A stretch of 64,000 bases of DNA from Acidimicrobiia bacterium (GCA_040881685.1 JBBECS010000054.1:26953-90952), one strand, 5' to 3'. Numbered from the stretch's first letter, positions 18,633 to 27,179 are shown. Translations and numbers: made by a program. The notes: generated by a model not told the origin, from the sequence alone.

Positions 18633-19766
18633 TCACCGCCCTAACCGCGAAGCACCCGACGGCGAAAGCCGGAGCCGCCGTTGCAGCGACCGGGCGATAC
18701 GAAGCCGCTGGCGGTCGGATCGCCCCGCCAGTCCAGCACGCGTGAGTGTCGCGGCAACCAAGGTCCGCTCACCGTTGGCCCACCCTCGCTTGTACTCCTG
18801 TCCGCCGCGCATGAAGTCGTACTCGGTGACACCGCGCTGCATTGCGTCTTCGATCGCCCGTTTGCGCAGCAGCCAGCCCGGGCTGAACTCGGCGAACTCC
18901 GGGTCGAACGCGACCTTGAGCATGTAGAGGCGTGCGCGGTACTCCAGGTCGAGCTCGACCGCGATCGGGCGCCCGTCGGCGGTCAACGTCAGGAGTCGTG
19001 CACGACCGATCTGGTCAAGGGCTCGGATCGCGTCGAGGAGGAACTGCTCCGACGCCGGATCTGCCAGAAGCCCCCGGAGGCGATCGGTCTCCCCCGCCCA
19101 CCGCCGACGGTGGACCTCGAGGAACGCATCGAGACCGGCCTCCAGGCACTCGTGGGTGCGGTGCTCGAAGACCACGTCGGGGTGGCGCTCCTCGAGTCGC
19201 CGGAGCCGCTGCGTGACCCGGTGCTTCTTCGTCAGCTTCTCGAACTCGAAGCCGGCGGTGAAGTCGATGAACGGACATGCACCGTCGAGCGGCACCTCCG
19301 TGCAAGCGAGCGTCGGCACCGAGGCCAGTCGCCGTCGCAGGTGCTCGACGAACCGGCTGTCGGCCACGAGCCGCGAGAGCAGCACCGGGCTACGCCGACT
19401 CGTCGCCACGTCCTCAAAGTGCGCGAGCAGCAATGCCACTGCTTCCTCCTCGCGCCGCACCAGGACGACGCCGCCATAGTCGCCGGCGTCGTGGCACACC
19501 GACTGAAACAGCGTGCCCTCCACCGGCCCCACGCCGACCCGCGAACGCATCAATGGCGCCGCCGCCACGAGCTCATCGCGCTCCCACAGCGTCACCACGT
19601 GCAACTGCGCCGCGGCCCCGAAATGCTCCCACCACGTCCGCAACCACTCCCACGTCAGGAACACGTTGGCATCGACGCTCGCGTCGCACGCCGCGTTCCA
19701 CGGCGCGCGCAATCGATCGAACTCCGCGACATCGCTCACGACGCGCAGCTCGAGCGGGGTACTCAT
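18633..19766 (-). CDS. CelD/BcsL / FemAB-like GNAT-fold acyltransferase, paralogue B
   Basis: Its first ~55 aa are identical to A. Residues ~56-180 and the C-terminal tail (SLQRRLRLSPSGASRLGR) are identical to C. A 4-nt spacer separates it from the start of A. Confidence 0.75.
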   Translation of the reverse strand: MSTPLELRVVSDVAEFDRLRAPWNAACDASVDANVFLTWEWLRTWWEHFGAAAQLHVVTLWERDELVAAAPLMRSRVGVGPVEGTLFQSVCHDAGDYGGVVLVRREEEAVALLLAHFEDVATSRRSPVLLSRLVADSRFVEHLRRRLASVPTLACTEVPLDGACPFIDFTAGFEFEKLTKKHRVTQRLRRLEERHPDVVFEHRTHECLEAGLDAFLEVHRRRWAGETDRLRGLLADPASEQFLLDAIRALDQIGRARLLTLTADGRPIAVELDLEYRARLYMLKVAFDPEFAEFSPGWLLRKRAIEDAMQRGVTEYDFMRGGQEYKRGWANGERTLVAATLTRAGLAGRSDRQRLRIARSLQRRLRLSPSGASRLGR

Positions 19767-19770
19767 GTGT

Positions 19771-20901
19771 TCACCGCCCTAACCGCGAAGCACCCGACGG
19801 CGAAAGCCGGAGCCGCCGTTGCAGCGACCGGACGACGCGGAGCCTCTGGCGGTCCCGGCGACCAGCCGGCCCGGCGCGCGTGAGCGTCGCCGCGACCAAG
19901 GTCCGCTCACCGTTGGCCCACCGCCGCTTGTACTCCTGTCCGCCGCGCATGAAGTCGTACTCGGTGACATCGCGCTGCAATGCGTCTTCGATCGCCCGCT
20001 TCCGCAGCAGCCAGCCGGGACCGTACTCGGCGAACTCAGGATCGAACGCGACCTTGAGGTTGTAGAGGCGCGCGCGGTACTCGAGGTCGAGCTCGACCGC
20101 GATCGGACGCTGCCCGGCATTGAGGCTGAGGAGCCGTACCCGGCCGATGCAATCGAGGTTCCGGATGGCATCGAGGAGGAAGCGCTCCGACGCCGCATCG
20201 GCGAGCATGCCGCGGAGACGCTCGGTCTTTCCGGCCCAGCGTCGTCGGTGGACGTCAAGGAATGCCTCGAAACCGGCGTCCAGACGCGCACCGGTGTGAT
20301 GCTCGAAGCACAAGTCGCGATGTCGCTCCTCGAGGCGCCGGAGAAGCCGCGGGATATCCCGCTTCTTCGTCAGCTTCTCGAACTCGAAGCCGGCGGTGAA
20401 GTCGATGAACGGACATGCACCGTCGAGCGGCACCTCCGTGCAAGCGAGCGTCGGCACCGAGGCCAGTCGCCGTCGCAGGTGCTCGACGAACCGGCTGTCG
20501 GCCACGAGCCGCGAGAGCAGCACCGGGCTACGCCGACTCGTCGCCACGTCCTCAAAGTGCGCGAGCAGCAATGCCACTGCTTCCTCCTCGCGCCGCACCA
20601 GGACGACGCCGCCATAGTCGCCGGCGTCGTGGCACACCGACTGAAACAGCGTGCCCTCCACCGGCCCCACGCCGACCCGCGAACGCATCAATGGCGCCGC
20701 CGCCACGAGCTCATCGCGCTCCCACAGCGTCACCACGTGCAACTGCGCCGCGGCCCCGAAATGCTCCCACCACGTCCGCAACCACTCCCACGTCAGGAAC
20801 ACGTTGGCATCGACGCTCGCGTCGGCCGCCGCGTTCCACGGCGCGCGCAATCGATCGAACTCCACGACATCGCTCACGACACGCAACTCGAGCCGGTTCA
20901 C
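19771..20901 (-). CDS. CelD/BcsL / FemAB-like GNAT-fold acyltransferase, paralogue C
   Basis: Starts at GTG 20901 (VNRLELRVVSDV), overlapping the stop of the GNAT gene (GTGA). The middle third is the most divergent part (KKRDIPRLLRRLEERHRDLCFEHHTGARLDAGFEAFLDVH). Confidence 0.75.
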   Translation of the reverse strand: MNRLELRVVSDVVEFDRLRAPWNAAADASVDANVFLTWEWLRTWWEHFGAAAQLHVVTLWERDELVAAAPLMRSRVGVGPVEGTLFQSVCHDAGDYGGVVLVRREEEAVALLLAHFEDVATSRRSPVLLSRLVADSRFVEHLRRRLASVPTLACTEVPLDGACPFIDFTAGFEFEKLTKKRDIPRLLRRLEERHRDLCFEHHTGARLDAGFEAFLDVHRRRWAGKTERLRGMLADAASERFLLDAIRNLDCIGRVRLLSLNAGQRPIAVELDLEYRARLYNLKVAFDPEFAEYGPGWLLRKRAIEDALQRDVTEYDFMRGGQEYKRRWANGERTLVAATLTRAGPAGRRDRQRLRVVRSLQRRLRLSPSGASRLGR

Positions 20902-22049
20902 CGGTCGGAGCCTCTCACGTCGTCGGAGCGGGCTCCCCCGGCCGCAGGACTGGCGGTGCCCCATTCGAGGTCGCTGTCGCCCGCGGTGAGGAGCCAGCTC
21001 CGTCGCCTCGACAGCGCGGATCGCAACTGCTCATCGCCATCGGAGAAGCGGACCATGAACCGGATGGGCGGGTCGGGACCGCGCTGGAACCGCCGGAACG
21101 CCATGGAGCGCAAGAGTCGGTCAGCCGACTCGTTGAGGGTCTTGCAGACTACGGCCACTGCCCCCTTCGCCCTGGCGTGGTCCGCGACTCGCGTGAAGAG
21201 CGGGACGACCCAGCCCGGCGCCACCAGATAGTCCACGATGAGCGCCACCCGCTCGTCACTCCACGCCGTGAAGCGAACCACGGCGTATCCGACCACCCGC
21301 CCACGCCGGACGAGGTAGAAGCGATGGTGCCGGGTCCGGTCGGGTCGCTGGTCCCATCGCCAGCGCAGCGTCGGGGCGTCGCGCACCGCGAGGACCTGAT
21401 AACGAGGCGCGACTACCTCCCACAGATCGTCGGCTCGCTCGTCGAAACGCTCGATCGACTCGAGCCGCGCGGCCGCCAGCCGGGTAAGGGAACCGTGCAC
21501 GGCACCGACGGCCGCGAGGGCGGGTGTCGCAACCGCAGCCGCCGGCCGGCGCCAGCGCTCCGGGACGGGGCTGACCGACAGGGCACGGCGCGCGACAAGC
21601 GGACGCACGTAGACGGGAACGATGCCGAGGTCGGTCCATCCCCCTCGCAGATACGCTCGATACCCCTTCTCGGAAATGTTCAGGCCGCCCACGATGTGGT
21701 TCACGTCGAGCTGGGCCTCGACCAGCGCGGGACCGACGCCGCGCAGCCGCCACGCGGGATCGACCATCAGGTCGATGGCCCAGGCCGCGCGACACGTGCG
21801 ATCGCCGACTTTGAGCTCGAACGGGATCTCGGCCTGTTGGCCGACCACGGCGCCGTCGCGGCGACAGATCCAGAGGCCCGGGCCGTCAGGCAAGCGACAG
21901 GGGTTCCGGTCGAACAGCCAGGTGGACCGGTCGGGGTCGATCTGGCGTGACCCCGGTCCGAACATCCGCAGCTGGAAGTCGCGCAGCGCGTCCCGATCGT
22001 TGTCGACATAGCGAGTGATGCCCGCGCGGGCGCGCGTGGCAAAGCTCAT
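20898..22049 (-). CDS. GNAT-family N-acyltransferase (two GNAT-like halves)
   Basis: AAWAIDLMVDPAWRLRGVGPALVEA is the R-x-x-G-x-G/A acyl-CoA motif A. The second half has YLVRRGRVVGYAVVRF...VDYLV. ATG 22049 overlaps the upstream stop (ATGA). Confidence 0.7.
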   Translation of the reverse strand: MSFATRARAGITRYVDNDRDALRDFQLRMFGPGSRQIDPDRSTWLFDRNPCRLPDGPGLWICRRDGAVVGQQAEIPFELKVGDRTCRAAWAIDLMVDPAWRLRGVGPALVEAQLDVNHIVGGLNISEKGYRAYLRGGWTDLGIVPVYVRPLVARRALSVSPVPERWRRPAAAVATPALAAVGAVHGSLTRLAAARLESIERFDERADDLWEVVAPRYQVLAVRDAPTLRWRWDQRPDRTRHHRFYLVRRGRVVGYAVVRFTAWSDERVALIVDYLVAPGWVVPLFTRVADHARAKGAVAVVCKTLNESADRLLRSMAFRRFQRGPDPPIRFMVRFSDGDEQLRSALSRRRSWLLTAGDSDLEWGTASPAAGGARSDDVRGSDR

Positions 22050-23044
22050 GACGCTCCCGAAGAGACTTCGACGTGCTCGACGAGGAGCGCGTCGCGCAGC
22101 CCGCGTTCCGCGGCGTGGCGCTTCGCCACGATGTCACGGAAGACCCGCTCGACCTGTTCGATGGTAAGCCCGACGACACGTCCGGCTTCAACCGCGGGGA
22201 CACGATGCTCCCACGCGTAAAGCATGAGGTCCATCTCCGCGTACGGCAGCGCGAAGTAGAACTCCTCCTGGGTCTGGGGCAAGCTGTACGTGTCCGTGGT
22301 CGGGGGTTGGTCGCGAATCTCCTCGGGGATGCCGAGGTAGGCCGCCAGTGCGTAGACCTGTGTCTTGTAGAGGTGCGCGATGGGCTTGAGATCGGCGAGC
22401 CCGTCGCCACCCCGCACGAAGAACCCCAGCTCGTACTCGAGTCGGTTCGGTGTCCCGAGTACCGCATAGTTGCGTGACTCCGCGTGGAAGTACTCGATGA
22501 GCTTACGCGTCCGCTGTTTCATGTTCGTTGCCGCGACGACTTCGAGGTACACGTCGGTCGGCATGCGTCGGGTCGATCGGTCGCCCGAGGGCGACTCCAC
22601 GGTAAGGGTGAAGTAGCTGACGCGATCGCGGTCGAGCAGTCCCTCGGCGAGCGCGACCTTCTGGCGGTACCCGGCTCCGTAGTCGGAAAACAGACGGCGG
22701 ATCGCCTCGTCACGCCGCTCGTAGCAACCGAGCGCGGCAAGCGCGGGGCCGATGTCCTCGAGAACGGACGTGATGCCGAAGTGCTCGCAGAGCGCCCGCC
22801 CCCGGGCCGTGCTGCCGTCGGCAGTGTCGGCCTCGGGCATCAGGAGGGCGACGACTCGATCGGCGCCGAACGCACGTGCCGCGAGCGCGGCGCACACGGC
22901 CGAGTCGACGCCGCCGCTCACGCCGACCGCGACCCCGCGACGGTTCAACGTGCGAGACACGGCCTGCAGCATCGCCGCTTCGATGGCGGACGCCACGCGG
23001 GCGCCATCGATGTCGAGAACACTGCGGTCGAACGACGTGCTCAT
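22046..23044 (-). CDS. NAD+ synthetase-like PP-loop ATP pyrophosphatase (NadE family paralogue)
   Basis: VAVGVSGGVDSAVCAALA is the SGGxDS PP-loop; PTTDTYSLPQTQEEFYFALPYAEMDLML is a NadE-type C-terminal substrate region. ATG 23044 overlaps the AsnB stop (ATGA). Confidence 0.8.
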   Translation of the reverse strand: MSTSFDRSVLDIDGARVASAIEAAMLQAVSRTLNRRGVAVGVSGGVDSAVCAALAARAFGADRVVALLMPEADTADGSTARGRALCEHFGITSVLEDIGPALAALGCYERRDEAIRRLFSDYGAGYRQKVALAEGLLDRDRVSYFTLTVESPSGDRSTRRMPTDVYLEVVAATNMKQRTRKLIEYFHAESRNYAVLGTPNRLEYELGFFVRGGDGLADLKPIAHLYKTQVYALAAYLGIPEEIRDQPPTTDTYSLPQTQEEFYFALPYAEMDLMLYAWEHRVPAVEAGRVVGLTIEQVERVFRDIVAKRHAAERGLRDALLVEHVEVSSGAS

Positions 23045-25113
23045 CGGGGAAATCCTCCACCGTCGGGGACCGAGGATCCGGTGTGGGCTTGCCCATCGCG
23101 CTGCTCGGCGCGATCCTCGCCGGAATGATCCTCGAGCACGCACAGGTGTGCGTGCTCGAGTCGACGTCGACCATCGCGGGCCCGCTGCCGGAAGCCGTCG
23201 AAGAATGCTTGGCCGAGCAACTGCAGCGTGAGAAGCCCGACCAGTGCCATCTCCTCGCGCTCACCTGACATCCGGCCGTCGCTGCGCGTCGCTTTCGCGA
23301 CCAAGTGCGCGGCTGCCGTCGGGTCCACCAGCCCGAGGCGCGCGATGTTCGCGGGAGACACCAGCGCACGGATGTACTCTGGCATGTCGGGGCCGAAGAG
23401 CGCGGTCGTCATCGGCGCGCGATAGGGCATCTTGGGACGTCGCCAGATCTCGGGGGGCAGGGAGCGTGACGCGAGGCGTCTGAGCGTCACCTTGTCCCGG
23501 AGCGCCGGCATCTTGAGCCGGGTCGGCAGACCGGAGCAGAACTCGACCACGCCAGGGTCGAGGAACGGATACCGGACCTCCACACCGTGCGCCATCGCGA
23601 CGCGGTCGCCCTGGTACGAGAGCAGGTACGACGAGAGGAAGCTGTGGATCTCGATCCACTGCGCTCGTGCGAGTGGCGTCAACGCGTTCCAGTCAGCGGG
23701 CAGCTCCTTCTCGGCCGCTCGGTTCATCGCGTCGAGGTCGATGCTCCCTCGCAGATCGGGTGAGAGCACGCGCGTCGACCAGCCCGTGTTCCGCCATCGG
23801 ATCAGGTGAGAGTAGAAGGGATGGTCCGTATCGGTCAGCCCGCGGCCGAAGAATCGCTGCCAGAGCTGGCTGTCCCTCGCTCCGGCCGCGGCCACCTCCG
23901 GATGGAGCCGGGCGAGCAACGCGGGGCGCAGCGCCGAGTCGGGCTGCCGGGCCCAGAACCGGCGCACCTTGTCCTCCTTGAAGATGCTGTAGCCCGCCAG
24001 CAGCTCGTCGGCGCCTTCGCCGGTCAACACCACTTTCATGCCCGCCGCGCGCACGAGTCCGGACAGCAGGAACAGCGGCACGGGCGCAGTCCGTAGGAGC
24101 GGTGCCTCGCAATGCCACACGACGTCCTCCAGCGCGTTCTGGATCTCGGGCGCGCCGCAGACGATCTCGTGGTGTTCCGTGCCGAGCTTCGTGGCCATCC
24201 GGCGCTGCTCGGCCGTTTCGTCGAACGCAGGATCGGCGAAGCGCACGGCGAAGGTCTGGAGTGGGCTCCGATCTGCACTCCGCGCGAGGTCGGCGATCAC
24301 CGACGAGTCCAGACCGCCACTGAGGTACGCGCCTACGGGCACGTCGGCCCGTAGCCGCAGGTCGACGGCATCGGAGAGTTGGTCGCCGAGACGATCTGCG
24401 GCTTCGTCGAGTGTGAGGTCGCGAAGCGTCGCGTTCTCGGCGAGATCTGCTGCCCAGTAGCGATGGGATCGTTCCGTCAGGTCGCTGTCGATGGACAGCG
24501 CGGTTCCGGGCGGCACCGAGCGGACGCCCGCGAAGACGGTGTGGGGCGGTGTCGTGGACCAGCGCGTGAACACCTCGGCGAGGCCGTTGGCGTCGATCTC
24601 GGGTTCGAGGTCGTCGCACGCAAAGAGTGCCTTCACCTCCGACCCGAACAGCACTCGGCGGGCCGACCGCGCGTAGTGAAGGGGCAAGATCCCGAGACGG
24701 TCTCGAACGAGCCAGAGGAGCCGGCGGCGGGCGTCCCAGAGCGCGAACGCGAACTGACCATTGAGCATCGTCCAGGCGCGGGGGCCGAAGCGCTCGTAGC
24801 AGTGGACGATCACCTCGGAGTCTCCGTCGGTGTAGAAGCGGTGACCGAGGCTTGCCAACTCACGGCGGAGCTCCAGGTAGTTGAAGATCTCGCCGTTGAA
24901 GGACAGCCAGATCGTGCGGTCCTCGTTGTGAATCGGCTGAAATCCCCCCGCCAGGTCGATGATGCTCAGCCGCGCGTGCGCCAACCCGACCCGATCGTCG
25001 CGATACAGACCGTAGCCATCGGGTCCACGATGCCCGAGCATCGCGATCATCCGGCGAAGGTCCTCCAAGGACACCGGCCCGGATCCTGCCAGGATGCCGG
25101 CGATTCCACACAT
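23041..25113 (-). CDS. Asparagine synthase (glutamine-hydrolysing) family amidotransferase
   Basis: MCGIAGIL provides the Cys2 nucleophile. Also HRGPDG, LSIIDL, FNGEIFNY, and AYLSGGLDSS (the PP-loop of the synthetase domain). Confidence 0.9.
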   Translation of the reverse strand: MCGIAGILAGSGPVSLEDLRRMIAMLGHRGPDGYGLYRDDRVGLAHARLSIIDLAGGFQPIHNEDRTIWLSFNGEIFNYLELRRELASLGHRFYTDGDSEVIVHCYERFGPRAWTMLNGQFAFALWDARRRLLWLVRDRLGILPLHYARSARRVLFGSEVKALFACDDLEPEIDANGLAEVFTRWSTTPPHTVFAGVRSVPPGTALSIDSDLTERSHRYWAADLAENATLRDLTLDEAADRLGDQLSDAVDLRLRADVPVGAYLSGGLDSSVIADLARSADRSPLQTFAVRFADPAFDETAEQRRMATKLGTEHHEIVCGAPEIQNALEDVVWHCEAPLLRTAPVPLFLLSGLVRAAGMKVVLTGEGADELLAGYSIFKEDKVRRFWARQPDSALRPALLARLHPEVAAAGARDSQLWQRFFGRGLTDTDHPFYSHLIRWRNTGWSTRVLSPDLRGSIDLDAMNRAAEKELPADWNALTPLARAQWIEIHSFLSSYLLSYQGDRVAMAHGVEVRYPFLDPGVVEFCSGLPTRLKMPALRDKVTLRRLASRSLPPEIWRRPKMPYRAPMTTALFGPDMPEYIRALVSPANIARLGLVDPTAAAHLVAKATRSDGRMSGEREEMALVGLLTLQLLGQAFFDGFRQRARDGRRRLEHAHLCVLEDHSGEDRAEQRDGQAHTGSSVPDGGGFPR

Positions 25114-25155
25114 GACGCTCGTGCCCCGTTCCGGCCCTTCTCCCAGGTGTCGGCT

Positions 25156-26688
25156 CTACGCCTGGGAGAGCGCGGACCTCTTGATCTTGCCAGACTCGGT
25201 CTTGGGCAACGACTCGCGGATCTCGACCAGCTTCGGCACTCTGGAGGTTTCCAATCGGTCGCGGCAGTGGAGCCGGACCTGCTGGTCCGTGAGCGTCACC
25301 CCATCGCGTGGCACGACCGTCGCTTTGATCGCCATCCCCTCCACGGGGTCCGGGACCCCGACGACGGCGGCCTCGCTCACGGCCTCCAACTCGTAGAGGA
25401 CGTTCTCGATCTCCTTGGGGCTGATCTTCTCGCCCCGACACATGAACATGTCGTCCGTGCGGCCGACGAAGTAGAGAAGCCCTTCGTCGTCCATCCGGAA
25501 CTGGTCGCCCGTGTGAAGAACCTTCTCGCCCGAGATCTCACCGTCGCGTAGCCGCTCCGCGGTCTCCTCCGGCTTCCCCCAATACCCGCGCATGACGTTC
25601 GCACCGCGGACGACGAGCTCACCGACCTCACCCGGCGGCACGCGATGACCGTACTCGTCGACGATGTACACCTCTGTGTTCGGCATGGCCGTGCCAACCG
25701 ACGAGATCTTGTCCGTGAGTCGAGCCGGATCCAAGTACGACACACGCGTGCACTCGGTGAGTCCATACATGGAGAAGATGTCGGCCTGGGGAAACAACTC
25801 CTGGAGGCGACGAATGTGCGCCGGCGCGATGGGCGCCGCGGCGTTCGTGAGGTATCGAAGGTGGGAGAGATCGAGGTCGTCGAACGGCGCCACTTGGACC
25901 ATCGCCGCGAACATTGCAGGCACTCCGGGAAAGCCCGTGACTCGGTATTGCGCGACCCGGTGCATCACATCGCGTGGATACGCGAAGGATCGCTCGATGA
26001 GCACCGCGTAACCGACTCGCGCTCCCGCGAGCACCTGGAAGAGCCCGTAGCTGAACGCCATTGGCAGTGCGCACACCACGACATCGTCGGGCACGTTGGC
26101 GAGGTACGTCGAGATCGCCCACGCGTTGTTGCGCATCGTACGGTGGGTGAGCATCACTCCCTTCGGATCACCCGTGGTTCCCGATGTGTAGATGATGGCG
26201 CCGAGATCGGCGTCGATGAGACCAGGAGTCGCCACCGGGCTCGCAGGCGCCTGCATCACCTCCTCGAACGCGAGCCCGAACGGGGCCCCGGCCGGGAGCC
26301 CGCCGATCCAGATGGCGGCGCCGACGGTCGGCGCGGCGACCAGCGCGGGGACGATCACTCGGGCGATCCGCGAGTGAACCACCAAACAGCTCACGCCGCA
26401 CTGGCTCAAGATGTAGGCAAGCTTGTGCGCCTTCATGGTCGGGTTCACCGGCACGAACACACCGCCGGCCTTCAGGATGCCGAACAGAGACACCACCAGC
26501 TCAGGCGAGTTCTCGAGCATGACGGCAACCCGGTCGCCGCGGCGTATCCCGGCGCTTTGCAACGCGCAGGCGAGGCGGTCGCTCTCGCGATCGATCGCGG
26601 TGAAGCTGTGCACGTACCCGTCGGCGATGAGGGCGGTTGCGCCCGGGCGACGCGCCACGGCCTCAGCGAGAAGGTCGTGGACTAGGAT
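25156..26688 (-). CDS. AMP-forming adenylating ligase (acyl/aminoacyl-carrier-protein ligase, DltA/acyl-CoA synthetase superfamily)
   Basis: IIYTSGTTGDPKGVMLTHR (A3 core), FSMYGLTE, LHTGDQFRMDDEGLLYFVGRTDDMFMCRGEKISPKEIE (A8), PKTESGKIKR (A10). The 5' end is unresolved because there is no ATG/GTG/TTG/CTG at the expected N-terminus (see findings). The first canonical start is GTG 26658. Confidence 0.85.
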   Translation of the reverse strand: MLVHDLLAEAVARRPGATALIADGYVHSFTAIDRESDRLACALQSAGIRRGDRVAVMLENSPELVVSLFGILKAGGVFVPVNPTMKAHKLAYILSQCGVSCLVVHSRIARVIVPALVAAPTVGAAIWIGGLPAGAPFGLAFEEVMQAPASPVATPGLIDADLGAIIYTSGTTGDPKGVMLTHRTMRNNAWAISTYLANVPDDVVVCALPMAFSYGLFQVLAGARVGYAVLIERSFAYPRDVMHRVAQYRVTGFPGVPAMFAAMVQVAPFDDLDLSHLRYLTNAAAPIAPAHIRRLQELFPQADIFSMYGLTECTRVSYLDPARLTDKISSVGTAMPNTEVYIVDEYGHRVPPGEVGELVVRGANVMRGYWGKPEETAERLRDGEISGEKVLHTGDQFRMDDEGLLYFVGRTDDMFMCRGEKISPKEIENVLYELEAVSEAAVVGVPDPVEGMAIKATVVPRDGVTLTDQQVRLHCRDRLETSRVPKLVEIRESLPKTESGKIKRSALSQA

Positions 26689-26996
26689 GCGGTTCCCTCC
26701 ACGTCGGCACGATGACCGGCTCCGTGTACGAGCTGGCGGTCGACGAACGTCGCCAGTCGCTCGACCGAGTCCAGGTTGTCGGCGATGAGATCTTCCTCGT
26801 CGATCTCGAGCGCGAAGGTCTCCTCCAAGAAAGCCACGATCTCCATGACGCCGGTCGAGTCGATGACGCCGGACTCGATCAGTGAATCCGCGTCGCCAAA
26901 TCCGTCGTCGTCCCCGAACAGGAAGCTCTCGACGATGTACGCGTGGATCCGCGCCGCCGTACCGAGCTCGTAACCTCCGTCCGGCGAATTGGTCAA
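26682..26996 (-). CDS. Acyl/peptidyl carrier protein (DltC-like phosphopantetheine attachment site)
   Basis: DSLIESGVIDSTGVMEIVAFLEETFALEI matches the carrier-protein helix II with the Ser attachment site (G-x-x-D-S). TTG 26996 is preceded by GAGGAGAGG 8 nt upstream. Confidence 0.75.
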   Translation of the reverse strand: MTNSPDGGYELGTAARIHAYIVESFLFGDDDGFGDADSLIESGVIDSTGVMEIVAFLEETFALEIDEEDLIADNLDSVERLATFVDRQLVHGAGHRADVEGTAS

Positions 26997-27179
26997 CGGT
27001 CACGCCTCTCCTCGCGGCACACGTCGGACCGTCCCGCGATGCGCGCCCATCTCGCCGGGAGGACGTTACCACTCCCCGCGGCTGGCCTTCGACGCTGAAC
27101 GCGCTGCGTGAGCACCGAGGGCGCGCCTAATGTGGCAGACGCGCTCGCCAGACCGAACCGAGGGCAAGGAGGAGGCTGG

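Larger units (their letters stand above)
17453..20901 (-). repeat. Tandem triplication (period ~1138 bp) of a complete gene
   Basis: By eye, 19223-19686 is identical to 20361-20824 (~460 nt), and 18459-18693 is identical to 19597-19831 (~235 nt, spanning the gene junction). The track's antisense ORFs 19232-19477 and 20370-20615 encode identical 81-aa products. Confidence 0.9.

Noticed and set aside
17453-20901. Regularly spaced repeats that might suggest a CRISPR array or a mobile element.
   Set aside because: The repeat unit is ~1138 bp and each unit is a complete protein-coding gene. There are no short direct repeats with unique spacers, and no transposase or terminal inverted repeats.
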